Shown one piece after another: positions 45,034-57,120 of a stretch of 64,000 bases of DNA. Position 1 is the first letter of the stretch. Each line of letters begins with the position of its first letter. Under the pieces are notes generated by a model. It did no database searches. It was not told the DNA's origin and saw only the letters and a program-made list of their open reading frames with translations. The stretch lies in contig OZ244881.1 of NCBI GenBank assembly GCA_965221305.1, forward strand, positions 854,091-918,090, read 5' to 3'. The stretch is from Vicinamibacterales bacterium (GTDB lineage: Bacteria; Acidobacteriota; Vicinamibacteria; Vicinamibacterales; UBA8438). Both the position numbers and the translations under genes were made by a program.

Positions 45034-45935
45034 GAAGAGCGATGATGCTCGGCGCGGTGGTGCTGGCGGGCGTGGTCTCGGTCGCAGGCCTCGCCGGCCA
45101 GCAGGGGGAGCGGACCCTCGAGGTCGAGCAGCTCGAAGACAACCTGTTCGTCCTCCGCGGCGGGGGCGGCAACTCGGCTGCGTTCGTGACCGACGGCGGG
45201 GTGGTGCTCGTCGACAGCAAGCTCGAGGGATGGGGACAGCCCCTCATCGACAAGATCGGCGAGCTGACCTCGAACCCCGTCACCACCATCATCAACACCC
45301 ACGCCCACTTCGACCACGTGGACGGCAACGTCGAGTTCCCGGCGTCGGTCGATTTCGTGGCCCACGAGAACACGCAGCGGCTGATCGGCGAGAACAACGC
45401 GGTCCGGGGCCTCGGCCGCCCCGCGCGGCCGAGCCCGTTCGGGGCTGACGGGCACGGGGTGCCGGAGATCACGTTCAGTGACCGGTTGACGTTGGGCGAC
45501 GGCGACGACGCGGTCGAGCTGCACTACTTCGGCCGCGCCCACACCGGCGGCGACGCGTGGGTGGTGTTCCCGGCCCTCGGCGTGATGCACGCCGGCGACG
45601 CGTTCCCCGGCAAGAACCTGCCGATCATGGACTCGAACAACGGCGGCAGCGGAATCGATTATCCCGAGACCCTGCGCAAGGCCTCGGAGGGCGTCGACGG
45701 GGTCGAGCGCATCATCACCGGGCACAGCAGCGTGATGACCCCGGCCGATCTCGCCGAGTACGCCGAGTTCGTCGGCGCTTTCGTCGCCGACGCCCAGGCC
45801 GCGAAGGCGGCCGGCCGGTCGGCCGCCGACTTCGTGGCGGGCTGGGAGGTGCCGGCGCGGTTCGCGGGCTACGCCAGCGGGGCGCCGGAGAGGCTGACGC
45901 CGTACGTCGAGGACATCTACGCGGCGACGCCGTAG
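45030..45935 (+). CDS. Secreted MBL-fold metallo-hydrolase
   Basis: An ATGA overlap links it to the upstream gene. It has a signal peptide and the motif HAHFDH. Confidence 0.8.
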   Translation: MRRAMMLGAVVLAGVVSVAGLAGQQGERTLEVEQLEDNLFVLRGGGGNSAAFVTDGGVVLVDSKLEGWGQPLIDKIGELTSNPVTTIINTHAHFDHVDGNVEFPASVDFVAHENTQRLIGENNAVRGLGRPARPSPFGADGHGVPEITFSDRLTLGDGDDAVELHYFGRAHTGGDAWVVFPALGVMHAGDAFPGKNLPIMDSNNGGSGIDYPETLRKASEGVDGVERIITGHSSVMTPADLAEYAEFVGAFVADAQAAKAAGRSAADFVAGWEVPARFAGYASGAPERLTPYVEDIYAATP

Positions 45936-46213
45936 GCGGGCTTGCGGCGGGACGGCGTCGGCAGCGCCGCGCGCGGTGGGCCACGGCCGCCGTGAACGGG
46001 CATGGCCCGGCGCGGCGATCGCGGCAGACTAGGTTCGAGGCCTGCAGGTTCGACCTGTACACGCGCCTGGACCAACGGATCCGCGCGTGACCGGGAGCGA
46101 GCCGCGGCGCGACCGTCGGAAATGCTGGTAACATGGCTGCGGTCGGGCTTGGCCCGGCCGCGAGATCCATCCGGAAGCGGCGGCGGAGCCGCAGGTTCGA
46201 AGGGGAAGAGACG

Positions 46214-47377
46214 ATGCCGAAACAGACCACGCGTCGCGATGTACTCAAGGGGGGGGCCGCGCTGGGCGGGCTCGCGGCCTTCGGTGTGCCCGAGTGGGCG
46301 TTCCCGGCGTTGGCGCAGGGCGAGGAGCTGGTGGAGTTCACCGACCTGCCGGAAGAGATAGTGCTGGAGCGGACGCCCGACCGCCGCATCATCGACGTCC
46401 GGCACATCGACGGGCCGATCACGCCGGCCGACCAGTGGTTCACCACCCAGCACCACGGCCATCCGGATGTCGACATCTCCACCTACCGGCTCCAGGTGTC
46501 GGGCATGGTGGACCGCCCGCTCAACCTGTCGCTGACCGACCTCAGGAACTTCCCGAGCCGCGAGCTGGTGTTCGGGTTCGAGTGCTCGGGCAACCGCGGG
46601 CCCCTGAACGGGCTCTCGAGCAACGGCCGGTGGACCGGCGTGCCGCTGCGAACGGTGCTGGAGGGGGCCGGCCTGCAGGACCGGGCGCGCGAGATCGTCT
46701 TCCTGGGGGCCGACCGCGGCGAGGAAGAGGTGGTCTTCCGTGGCCGCACCTACAACGTCGACCAGCAGTACGGCCGCAGCCTGCCGCGCGACATCGCCCT
46801 GTCGGACGAGCCGCTGCTCGCCTACGCGTTGAACGGCGAGCCCCTGAGCGCGCATCAGGGCCGCCCGCTCCGCCTGCTGGTGCCGGGCTGGTACGGGGCG
46901 CCGAACGTCAAGTACCTGTCCGAGATACACGTGCAGGAGGACCCCTATCTGGGCAAGTGGCAGGCGCGCTGGTACCGCACCCTGAGGGGGGAGATGATCA
47001 ACGGCGAGCTGAAGTGGGTCGAGACCGCGATCACGAAGATGCGGTTGAAGTCCTACATCGCCCGCGTGACCAAGGTGGGCGACCATCACCGCGTCTTCGG
47101 GGTGATCCTGCACGACGGCACCCCGATCGAGTCGGTAGAGGTGCGGGTGGACGACGGCCCGTGGGAGGCGGCGACCCTCGACGCCTCGATGACCGAGAAG
47201 TACTCGTGGAAGTTCTTCACCTACGAGTGGCGCGGGGCGACGCCGGGCGAGCACACCGTCACCTCGCGCGCGACCGACGCCAACGGCTACCGGCAGCCGA
47301 CGGCCGAGGAGCTCGAGGTCAAGCAGACGTTCCTCGAGCAGAACAACCAGCATCCGCGGACGCTGATCATCACCTAA
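46214..47377 (+). CDS. Molybdopterin-dependent oxidoreductase of the sulfite-oxidase family (SorA/YedY-like), Tat-exported
   Basis: Trimmed to ATG 46214. It has the Tat motif TRRDVLKG, FECSGN with the Moco-ligand Cys context, and an Ig-like dimerisation C-terminus. Confidence 0.8.
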   Translation: MPKQTTRRDVLKGGAALGGLAAFGVPEWAFPALAQGEELVEFTDLPEEIVLERTPDRRIIDVRHIDGPITPADQWFTTQHHGHPDVDISTYRLQVSGMVDRPLNLSLTDLRNFPSRELVFGFECSGNRGPLNGLSSNGRWTGVPLRTVLEGAGLQDRAREIVFLGADRGEEEVVFRGRTYNVDQQYGRSLPRDIALSDEPLLAYALNGEPLSAHQGRPLRLLVPGWYGAPNVKYLSEIHVQEDPYLGKWQARWYRTLRGEMINGELKWVETAITKMRLKSYIARVTKVGDHHRVFGVILHDGTPIESVEVRVDDGPWEAATLDASMTEKYSWKFFTYEWRGATPGEHTVTSRATDANGYRQPTAEELEVKQTFLEQNNQHPRTLIIT

Positions 47378-47641
47378 CGGCGGCGCCCCGGCGCCCCGTG
47401 CACCTTCGCGACGGCCCTGTGGACACGTTCTGCAGGGCCGTCGTCGCTTGCGGCCCGCGGCCGCCGTGGAGGCAGGCGCGGCCGCGGGGAACGACGGTCC
47501 GGGCCCGGGGGCGACGGGGGGACGCCTGACGGCAGGAGCGGCCGCAGGGAACGACGCCGCGGGATGCATCGCCGGCCGCCGGCAGCGCGTCCTCCACCGC
47601 GGCTCCGGAAGGCGCGTGCGGGAACGAACCCCAGGTGCGGC

Positions 47642-49855
<2,214 letters not shown>

Positions 49856-50004
49856 GCCGCCCATCGTCGCCCAACCGACCCTTCAGGAGTCCGCGCCGTT
49901 CTGCGGCGCCGACTCCCGGACGCAGCGCCGCGGTGGGAAGCGGGGGTCGGGACGTCCGCCGCGGCCGCCGCGGCGCCGCGGGCCGCGGACCTTGGGCCCG
50001 GTCG

Positions 50005-50901
50005 ATGGCAAGGGACGACATCGTGGCATGCATCCTCGTCGTGGACGACTCGGCGGCCGACCGCGAGCTGGCCGGGACGCTGCTGGAGCGGGCATCCTGG
50101 CAGGTGCTGTACGCCGAGCACGGCCGGGACGCCCTGGCCCGAATGCGAGAGCGCGCGGTCGACCTGGTGCTGACGGACGTGGTGATGCCCGAGCTGGACG
50201 GGCTCGCGTTCGTCGAGCACGCCAAGGAGGACCATCCCCTCGTCCCCGTGGTGCTGATGACCGCGCGGGGGAGCGAGGAGCTCGCGGCGCGGGCCCTCGA
50301 GGCCGGCGCCGCCAGCTACGTGCCGAAGAAGCTGCTCGTGCGCGACCTCGTCGAGGTGGTCAAGCGCATCCTCGACGTGTTCAGGGAGCGCCAGAGCGAC
50401 ACGCTCCTGCAGGGACGCCTGCGGGCGGCGTCGTTCGTCCTCGAGAACGACCTCGACATGCTCTCGTCGCTCGTCGGCTACCTGACCGGCGTCCTCCGGC
50501 ACTCGGGCATGTTCGACGAGTCCGACTGCCACCGCGTCTCCACCGCCCTCGACGAGGCCCTGACCAACGCCTGCTACCACGGCAACCTGGAGGTGCGCTC
50601 GGAGATACGCGACCACGACCCGCGCGCGTACCGGGCCCTCGCGAAGGAGCGCCGCCTCGCCGCCCCCTATCGGGACCGGCGGATTCACGTCAGCGTGAGC
50701 CTGGAGGCGGACGGGGCGCGCTTCGTCATCCGGGACGAGGGGCGGGGGTTCGACGCCGCCGGGGTGCGGGACCCGACCGCCCCCGAGCAGTTGGAGCGGC
50801 CCACCGGCCGGGGCATCTTCCTGATGAAGACGTTTCTCGACGACGTGCGCTACAACGCCAGCGGCAATCAGGTGACCCTGCTGAAGCGCCGCCGCTCCTG
50901 A
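50005..50901 (+). CDS. Response-regulator receiver fused to an RsbW/SpoIIAB-like anti-sigma-factor kinase domain
   Basis: It has canonical REC residues (VVDDS, LTDVVMP, LMTA, YVPKK) and a HATPase_c_2-like C-terminus (EALTNACYHGN..., GRGIFLMK). Confidence 0.75.
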   Translation: MARDDIVACILVVDDSAADRELAGTLLERASWQVLYAEHGRDALARMRERAVDLVLTDVVMPELDGLAFVEHAKEDHPLVPVVLMTARGSEELAARALEAGAASYVPKKLLVRDLVEVVKRILDVFRERQSDTLLQGRLRAASFVLENDLDMLSSLVGYLTGVLRHSGMFDESDCHRVSTALDEALTNACYHGNLEVRSEIRDHDPRAYRALAKERRLAAPYRDRRIHVSVSLEADGARFVIRDEGRGFDAAGVRDPTAPEQLERPTGRGIFLMKTFLDDVRYNASGNQVTLLKRRRS

Positions 50902-50955
50902 GCTCGTGGAACGCTCGCGCCGGCGGCATCTCGCCGCGGCCGTCAGGTCGCGCGG

Positions 50956-52107
50956 TCAGCCGTCCACCGAGCGGATCACCATGACGGTCTTGTCGTCGCC
51001 GGGGTCCGGGTTCCCGCGCTCGAACCGCTCTGCCGCGTGGCAGATGCGTCGGGCCAGCTCGGGCGCGGACGCGTCGGGGTGCTCGGCCATCACCGTTCGG
51101 ATCCCGTCCAGGTCGAAGAACCGGTCGGCCTCGTTCTGCGCCTCCGTCACCCCGTCGCTGTAGATGACGAGCCGGCCGCCCTCGGCGATGGTGACGGTCT
51201 GCGCCTCCCACGCAGCGTCGGCGAACAGCCGGAGCGGCGGCCCCGTCGAGACGAGGGCCGATTCGGCGTCGCCGTCGAGCAGCAGAGCCCGCGGGTGTCC
51301 GGCGTTGACGAAGGTGAACTCGCCGGTCGAGAGGGTCAGCTCGCCGTAGAAGAGGGTGACGAAGCGGTCCTGGCTCTTCTCGTGGAGCAGCGCCCGGTTC
51401 AGGGTCTGCACGAGCTCGATCGGCGTCGCGCACGTCGAGGCCTCCGCGCGCAGGATGCCCTGGGTCTCGGCCATGAGGATCGCCCCGGGAATGCCCTTGC
51501 CCGACGCGTCGCCCACCGCCAGGGCCACCCGGTCGTCCGGCAGATCGATGCAGTCGTAGAAGTCGCCGCCGACCTGGCCGCTGGCGTGCAGGTAGGCCCC
51601 GATGTCGTGGCGGGGGGCCGCCGGCATGGCCGCCGGCAGGAAGGACTGCTGGACGAACGCGGCGATCTTCAGCTCGTATTCCAGGCGCCGGTTCTGCTCG
51701 GCGAGCAGCCGGTGTCGCTCGCGCGCGTAGCGGATGCTGCGCACGAGCGACTCGGGGCTCAGGTCGTCCTTGACGAGGTAGTCCTGAGCGCCGCGCTTGA
51801 CCGCCTTGACCGCGATCTCTTCGTCGTCGAAAGCGCCGAGGACGACCACCGGCGCGGTCTTGTCGAGATGCCGGATGATCGCGAATCCCTCGCCGCTTCG
51901 GGCCGCCTCGGGCGAGAGCCCCAGCAGCACCGCGTCGTAGGGGCGGGTGTCCGTCTCCGCCGACTCGTCCGGGGCGGCGGGCGTCACCTCGACGGTGAAC
52001 CGGGGGCGCCGCGTCTCCTGCAGGAGAGCGCGCACCCGCTCGGCGCCGGCGGGGTCGTTCTCGATGAGCAGCACGCGAACGACGCCCGAGGGAACCTGAG
52101 TGGACAC
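50956..52107 (-). CDS. Receiver-like domain fused to a PP2C (SpoIIE/RsbU-type) phosphatase
   Basis: 383-aa ORF with PP2C strings GGDFYD and GDASGKG. The N-terminal REC-like domain lacks the usual acceptor Asp (LLGLSPE). Confidence 0.8.
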   Translation of the reverse strand: MSTQVPSGVVRVLLIENDPAGAERVRALLQETRRPRFTVEVTPAAPDESAETDTRPYDAVLLGLSPEAARSGEGFAIIRHLDKTAPVVVLGAFDDEEIAVKAVKRGAQDYLVKDDLSPESLVRSIRYARERHRLLAEQNRRLEYELKIAAFVQQSFLPAAMPAAPRHDIGAYLHASGQVGGDFYDCIDLPDDRVALAVGDASGKGIPGAILMAETQGILRAEASTCATPIELVQTLNRALLHEKSQDRFVTLFYGELTLSTGEFTFVNAGHPRALLLDGDAESALVSTGPPLRLFADAAWEAQTVTIAEGGRLVIYSDGVTEAQNEADRFFDLDGIRTVMAEHPDASAPELARRICHAAERFERGNPDPGDDKTVMVIRSVDG

Positions 52108-52232
52108 GCGTTATCGACTCGCCGGCTCGACGCCGGGGCTGCGCCGCGGGTGGGGCGCACCCCCGGCAGGGTTGGTCCAGGCGGCGGCGCCGCGGGGCGG
52201 CGACGGGCCGCCGGCGACGGTCTCCGTCCGGT

Positions 52233-52574
52233 CTACGAGAAGCTCTGCACCGCGTCCGACTCCGACTCGAACGTGTCGAACACCATCTCCAGCTTGGTCG
52301 TCACCATCAGGTCCATGATGCGCTCGTTCAGGTTGAGCAGCTTGAGCTCGCCGCCCGCGCCGAGGACGGCGGAGCGCTTCGACAGCAGGCCGCCGAGCGC
52401 CGCGCTGTCGATGAAGGACACGCCGCCGAGGTTGAGGACCAGCTTCGTGTTGCCGGCGTCGAGCAGATCGTCGATTCGGTCCCACAGCGCGTCGGCGGCG
52501 TCGCCGGCCACTTTGCCGCTGAGATCGAGAACCTTGACGGCGTCGACGTCCCGTTGGTCGATACGAAGTGCCAT
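52233..52574 (-). CDS. STAS-domain anti-sigma-factor antagonist (RsbV/SpoIIAA-like)
   Basis: Trimmed to ATG 52574, which follows GGGAGG. It is 113 aa and contains FIDSAALG with the phosphorylatable Ser context. Confidence 0.8.
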   Translation of the reverse strand: MALRIDQRDVDAVKVLDLSGKVAGDAADALWDRIDDLLDAGNTKLVLNLGGVSFIDSAALGGLLSKRSAVLGAGGELKLLNLNERIMDLMVTTKLEMVFDTFESESDAVQSFS

Positions 52575-52894
52575 GGCAACCTCCCTGGGAGCCCTGGCGG
52601 AACCCGTTGCACGGGATCGGCGCCGCAACGCCGATCGAATGCGGCGGGAGTGTCAACGTGGGCTCCCGAGCCCATGCTGACCCAAACCCGGCGGGAACGC
52701 AAACCGGTCGGCCCGGTCGGCTTCGTCCGCGACCGCCCGGTTCCGTCGAGGGGGGCGACCCCCGTTGCGGCGCGGCGGCCGCGGGAGGATGGAAGCCGTT
52801 CCCGGTCGGGCAGGGTTGCGGACTCGGCGTTCGAGTTGCATCATTAGAGCCGGTACCGGTGCGTCCAGGCGACGGATCGACGGTTGGAGGAGCG

Positions 52895-54406
52895 ATGATG
52901 GGGGCCGGGAGGCGGTATCGCGGGTGGTGCGGGCTGGCGGCGTGCCTGCTCGCCGCGCCGGCGGGGGCGGCGGCGGGGGCGGCCGACGACGACGGCCGGG
53001 CCCTGATCGCGGCGGCCCGGGCGCGGGACGTCGAAGCGTCGCGGGCGTTGATCGACCGGGGTGTCGACCTCGACGCGGCCCAGCCAGACGGCGCGACCGC
53101 GCTGCACTGGGCGGCGTACCACGGCGCCGTCGAGCTCGTCGACCTGCTGGTCGGGGCGGGCGCCGCCGTCGACGCGGCCAACGACTACGGGGTGACGCCG
53201 CTCGGACTCGCCTGCGAGAGCGGCGCGGCGGCCGCGGTGACCCGGCTCCTCGCGGCGGGGGGCGACCCTAACCGGGCCCGCGGCTCGGGAGAGACGCCGA
53301 TCATGACCTGCGCGCGGACCGGCTCGGTCGAGGCGGTTCGCGCGCTCCTCGCCCACGGCGCCGACCCGTCCGCGGTCGAGCCGTGGCACGGCCAGACCGC
53401 GCTCATGTGGGCGGCCGGCGCGGGGCACGGGGACGCGGCCCGGGCCCTGATCGAGCACGGCGCCGCCGTGGCGGCCCGTTCGAGAGGCGGGTTCACGGCG
53501 CTGCTGATCGCCGCGCGCGAGGACGACCCGGCGCTCGTCGGCGACCTCGTCGCGGCGGGGGCGGACGTGAACGCGGCGGCGCCCGACGGCACCACGCCGC
53601 TGCACGTCGCGGTCGTGCGCGGTCACGCCGGTCTCGCGATGGTGCTGCTCGAGCACGGGGCGGACCCGAACGCCGACGGCCCCGGCTACACCGCCCTGCA
53701 CTGGGCGGCGGGGTCCTGGCACACCGAGCTGACCGGCCGCCTGCGGGGCATCGACACCGGCGCCGACCCGGAATGGCGCTCGCTCAACGGCCTGCGCGGC
53801 GGCAAGCCGGCCCTCGTCGACGCGCTGCTGGCCCACGGGGCCGACCCCGATGTCCGGCTCGGCCGCCACCCGCCCCAGTTCGGCTTCGCGAGCCAGCGCT
53901 TCCGGGTCAGCCTGCTGGGCGCCACCCCGTTCCTGCTCGCCGCGATGGACGCCGACGTCGAGGTGATGCGCCGCCTCGTGGCCGCCGGCGCGGACACGCG
54001 GACCGCGACCGACGAGGACACCACGCCGCTCATGGTCGCGGCGGGGCTGGGGCAGGTGCCGGCGGAGACGCGCGTGACCGGTGACGAGGCCCGCGAGGCG
54101 GTCGAACTGCTGCTGGAGCTGGGGGCCGATGTCAACGCCGTGAACCTGAGGGGCCGCAGCGCCCTGTACGGGGCCGCCCACATCCGGTCGGACGCGATCG
54201 TGAAGCTGCTCGTCGACCGGGGAGCGCTGGTGAACCTCGAGGATGATCGCGGCATCACGCCCCTGATGGTCGCCGAGGGAGGCGGCCACATCCTGCTGCC
54301 GGGACTCGGGGGCGGCAGCACCGCCGACCTGCTGCGGGCGCTCGGCAGCGACGAGACGGTGCGGTCGAGCTTCATCGAGAACTTCAGCCGGGGGGCCATC
54401 CGCTAG
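52895..54406 (+). CDS. Secreted ankyrin-repeat protein
   Basis: Trimmed to ATG 52895, which follows GGAGGA, and it has a signal peptide. It contains many G(A/T)TALHWAA...GADVNA ankyrin units. Confidence 0.85.
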   Translation: MMGAGRRYRGWCGLAACLLAAPAGAAAGAADDDGRALIAAARARDVEASRALIDRGVDLDAAQPDGATALHWAAYHGAVELVDLLVGAGAAVDAANDYGVTPLGLACESGAAAAVTRLLAAGGDPNRARGSGETPIMTCARTGSVEAVRALLAHGADPSAVEPWHGQTALMWAAGAGHGDAARALIEHGAAVAARSRGGFTALLIAAREDDPALVGDLVAAGADVNAAAPDGTTPLHVAVVRGHAGLAMVLLEHGADPNADGPGYTALHWAAGSWHTELTGRLRGIDTGADPEWRSLNGLRGGKPALVDALLAHGADPDVRLGRHPPQFGFASQRFRVSLLGATPFLLAAMDADVEVMRRLVAAGADTRTATDEDTTPLMVAAGLGQVPAETRVTGDEAREAVELLLELGADVNAVNLRGRSALYGAAHIRSDAIVKLLVDRGALVNLEDDRGITPLMVAEGGGHILLPGLGGGSTADLLRALGSDETVRSSFIENFSRGAIR

Positions 54407-54514
54407 TTGACCGTCCGTGAGACGGAGCTGCCCATGTCGCGGGGCGTCTTCGCAGCGTTTGCCGGCGAACGCCAGCGACAGGACGGCAAGGGAAGCTCGG
54501 GGACAGTCCGCTGG
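54403..54514. mobile_element. MITE-like repeat element, copy B
   Basis: It begins with CTAG, overlapping the ankyrin gene's TAG stop. It is about 85% identical by eye to the reverse complement of copy A (3224-3336). Confidence 0.8.
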
Positions 54515-54620
54515 TTGACCGTCCTTGAAGAAGTGGCCCACGTCGCGGGGCGTTTTGGCAGCGTTTGCCAGCGCAGAACCAGCGACAGGACCGCAATGGA
54601 AGCTGCGGGACGTCCGCTAG
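54515..54620. mobile_element. MITE-like repeat element, copy C, head-to-tail with copy B
   Basis: It has the same core (GCCCACGTCGCGGGGCGTTTTGGCAGCGTTTGCCAGCG...) and ends ...GGGACGTCCGCTAG at 54620. Confidence 0.75.
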
Positions 54621-54639
54621 TGTCGTGGAGGAGACGGCG

Positions 54640-57120
54640 ATGATGCGCGAGGGTCGGTCCGCGGCGAACGCGCTGGGCGCGGCGGTGCTGGCGTGTGGGG
54701 GCATCCTCGCCGTCGCGGCGTCGGCGGCCGGACAGCCGGCGAGCGCTGTCGCACCGCCTGCGCAGGCGGTCGGGGCGCGGGGGGGCGCGCCCGCGCAGGC
54801 CGCGGTTGCGACGGCGTCACCGACGGGAGGCGAGGCTGCCGCCTACCGGGCGATCCTCGACCGCTACTGCGTGGCCTGCCACAACCGGCGCACGCTGGCC
54901 GGGAGCCTCGCCCTCGACGACCTCGATCTGGAGCAGGTCGGCCCGCAGGCGGAGCTGTGGGAGAAGGTTCTCGAGAAGGTGCGCACGCGGTCGATGCCGC
55001 CTCCGCGCCGCCCGCGGCCCGATCCGGCCGTCTACGACGCGTTCGGCGGGTGGCTGGAGCGGGCGCTCGACCAGTGGGCGGCCGACCATCCGAATCCGGG
55101 GCGTCCCGCCATCCACCGCCTCAATCGGCTCGAGTACGCCAACGCGGTGCGCGACCTGCTGCACCTAGAGGTCGACGCGCAGGCCCTGCTGCCGGCCGAC
55201 GACATGGCGTTCGGCTTCGACAACAACGCCGCCATCCTCACCATCGCGCCCGGGTCGTTCTCGCGATACATGTCCGCGGCGCGCACCGTGAGCCGGCTCG
55301 CCGTCGGGGACGCCTCGATCGAGGCCGACGTCGTGCGCTATCCGGTGTCGCCGCTGCTGGCGCAGGACGGCCGCATGGGCGACGACCTGCCGTTCGGCTC
55401 GCGCGGCGGCGCCGCGGTTCGGCACCACTTTCCGCGCGACGGCGACTACGTGCTGCGCATTGCGCTGCGGCGGAACGGAGGCCGCAACGAGCCCCAGGAG
55501 ATCGACGTTCGGGTGGACGGCGAGCGCGTCGCCCTGCTGCGCGCCGGCCGCTGGCCGGACGACGCGCCGTCGGGGTCGCCCGGCGCGCGCGCGGCGGACG
55601 AGGGTCTCGCCGTGCGCTTTCCGGCGCGCGCGGGGACACGGCCGGTGTCGGTCTCGTTCACGGGGCGCCGGATGACTCCGGAGGGGGTGGCGCCGGCCCG
55701 CCTGCCGCTGTGGACCTTCTCGACCGGCCGCGGCTACGTCGAGCCGATGGCCCTCGACAGCTTCGAGATCGAGGGTCCGTACGACGGCCCGGAGGCCGCC
55801 GGCGCGCGCGCGTCCGACACCCCCAGCCGCCGGCGCATCTTCGTCTGCGAGCCGGCGTCGGCGGCCGACGAGGAGGCGTGCGCAGCGCAGATCGTCGGGA
55901 CGCTGGCGCGGCGGGCGTTCCGTCGTTCGGTGACCGAGGACGATTTGCAGGATCTGCTCGCCTTCTACCGCGAGGGGCGGGCGGAGGGCGACTTCCGGGC
56001 CGGCATCCGGCGCGCCCTCGAGAGCATCCTCGTCGACCCCGAGTTCCTCTTCCGCATCGAGCGCGACCCGCCGGGCGCCGCCCCCGCGACCGCGTACCGT
56101 CTGAGCGACGTCGAGCTCGCGGCGCGCATCTCGTTCTTCCTCTCGGCGAGCATCCCGGACGACGAGCTCCTCGAGGCGGCGGTGGCGGGCCGGCTGCGCG
56201 ACCCCGACGTGCTCGAGGCGCAGGTGCGACGCATGCTCGCCGACGAGCGCGCCGGGACCCTGGTGACGAGCTTCGCCGCGCAGTGGCTGCACCTGCGGCG
56301 CATGCGCACCGTCACCCCCGACGTGAACGCCTTCCCCGCCTTCGACGAGAACCTGCGGGACGCCCTCATCCGCGAGACCGAGCTGTTCGTCGGCAGCCAG
56401 TTGCGGGACGACCGCAGCGTGGTCGAGCTGCTGACCGCCGACTACACGTTCGTCAACGAGCGGTTGGCCCGCCACTACGGCATCCCCGGCGTTTACGGCC
56501 CCCGCTTCCGGCGCGTCGAGTGGGACGACGACCGGCGCCGCGGGCTGCTGGGGCAGGGCAGCATCCTCACCGTGACCTCGCTCGCCACCCGCACCTCGCC
56601 GGTGGTGCGGGGCAAGTGGATTCTCGAGAACGTGCTCGGCACCCCCCCGCCGCCCCCGCCCCCCGACGTGCCGGAGCTGCCCGAGCGCGAGGAGAGCGGC
56701 GAGCCCGCCTCGCTGCGGGCGCGGCTCGAGGCGCACCGCGCCAACCCCGTCTGCTCGGGCTGCCACTCGCGCATGGACCCGTTGGGCTTCGCCCTCGAGA
56801 ACTTCGACGCGGTGGGCCAGTGGCGCGACGCCGACGCGGGCGGGGCCCCCATCGACACCGCCGGGGTGCTGCCCGACGGCGCCGCCTTCGACGGGCTGCC
56901 GGCGCTGCGCGACATCCTGCACGGCCGCCGCGACGAGTTCGTCGCCACCGTCACCGAGAAGCTCCTGACCTATGCCCTCGGGCGCGGCGTCGAGCACTAC
57001 GACCGCCCGGCCATCCGCGCCATCGTGCGCGAGGCGGCCGCCGACGACTACCGCTGGTCGTCGATAATCCTCGGCATCACCCGCAGTCTCCCGTTCCAGA
57101 TGAGGAGATCGGAATCATGA
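54640..57120 (+). CDS. DUF1592/DUF1595/DUF1587/DUF1588/DUF1585 family protein with an N-terminal heme-binding CxxCH
   Basis: Trimmed to ATG 54640, which follows GGAGGAGA. It has the strings YCVACHN, CSGCHSRMDPLGFALENFD and RTRSMPP. Confidence 0.85.
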   Translation: MMREGRSAANALGAAVLACGGILAVAASAAGQPASAVAPPAQAVGARGGAPAQAAVATASPTGGEAAAYRAILDRYCVACHNRRTLAGSLALDDLDLEQVGPQAELWEKVLEKVRTRSMPPPRRPRPDPAVYDAFGGWLERALDQWAADHPNPGRPAIHRLNRLEYANAVRDLLHLEVDAQALLPADDMAFGFDNNAAILTIAPGSFSRYMSAARTVSRLAVGDASIEADVVRYPVSPLLAQDGRMGDDLPFGSRGGAAVRHHFPRDGDYVLRIALRRNGGRNEPQEIDVRVDGERVALLRAGRWPDDAPSGSPGARAADEGLAVRFPARAGTRPVSVSFTGRRMTPEGVAPARLPLWTFSTGRGYVEPMALDSFEIEGPYDGPEAAGARASDTPSRRRIFVCEPASAADEEACAAQIVGTLARRAFRRSVTEDDLQDLLAFYREGRAEGDFRAGIRRALESILVDPEFLFRIERDPPGAAPATAYRLSDVELAARISFFLSASIPDDELLEAAVAGRLRDPDVLEAQVRRMLADERAGTLVTSFAAQWLHLRRMRTVTPDVNAFPAFDENLRDALIRETELFVGSQLRDDRSVVELLTADYTFVNERLARHYGIPGVYGPRFRRVEWDDDRRRGLLGQGSILTVTSLATRTSPVVRGKWILENVLGTPPPPPPPDVPELPEREESGEPASLRARLEAHRANPVCSGCHSRMDPLGFALENFDAVGQWRDADAGGAPIDTAGVLPDGAAFDGLPALRDILHGRRDEFVATVTEKLLTYALGRGVEHYDRPAIRAIVREAAADDYRWSSIILGITRSLPFQMRRSES

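Noticed and set aside
45936-46213. A Moco riboswitch upstream of the molybdoenzyme gene
   Set aside because: I could not find the conserved Moco-riboswitch core elements by eye. The region looks like ordinary GC-rich spacer.
52568-52894. Long N-terminal extensions suggested by the ORF track for several genes (for example 52568 for the ankyrin gene, 58666 for the lipoprotein, 24072 for the PHP-like gene, 9484 for the VOC gene, 10888..12153 for the secreted paralog)
   Set aside because: In each case an internal ATG or GTG with a good Shine-Dalgarno sequence is followed immediately by a signal peptide or lipobox, which is much more plausible. The upstream extensions are Arg/Pro-rich and lack coding character.
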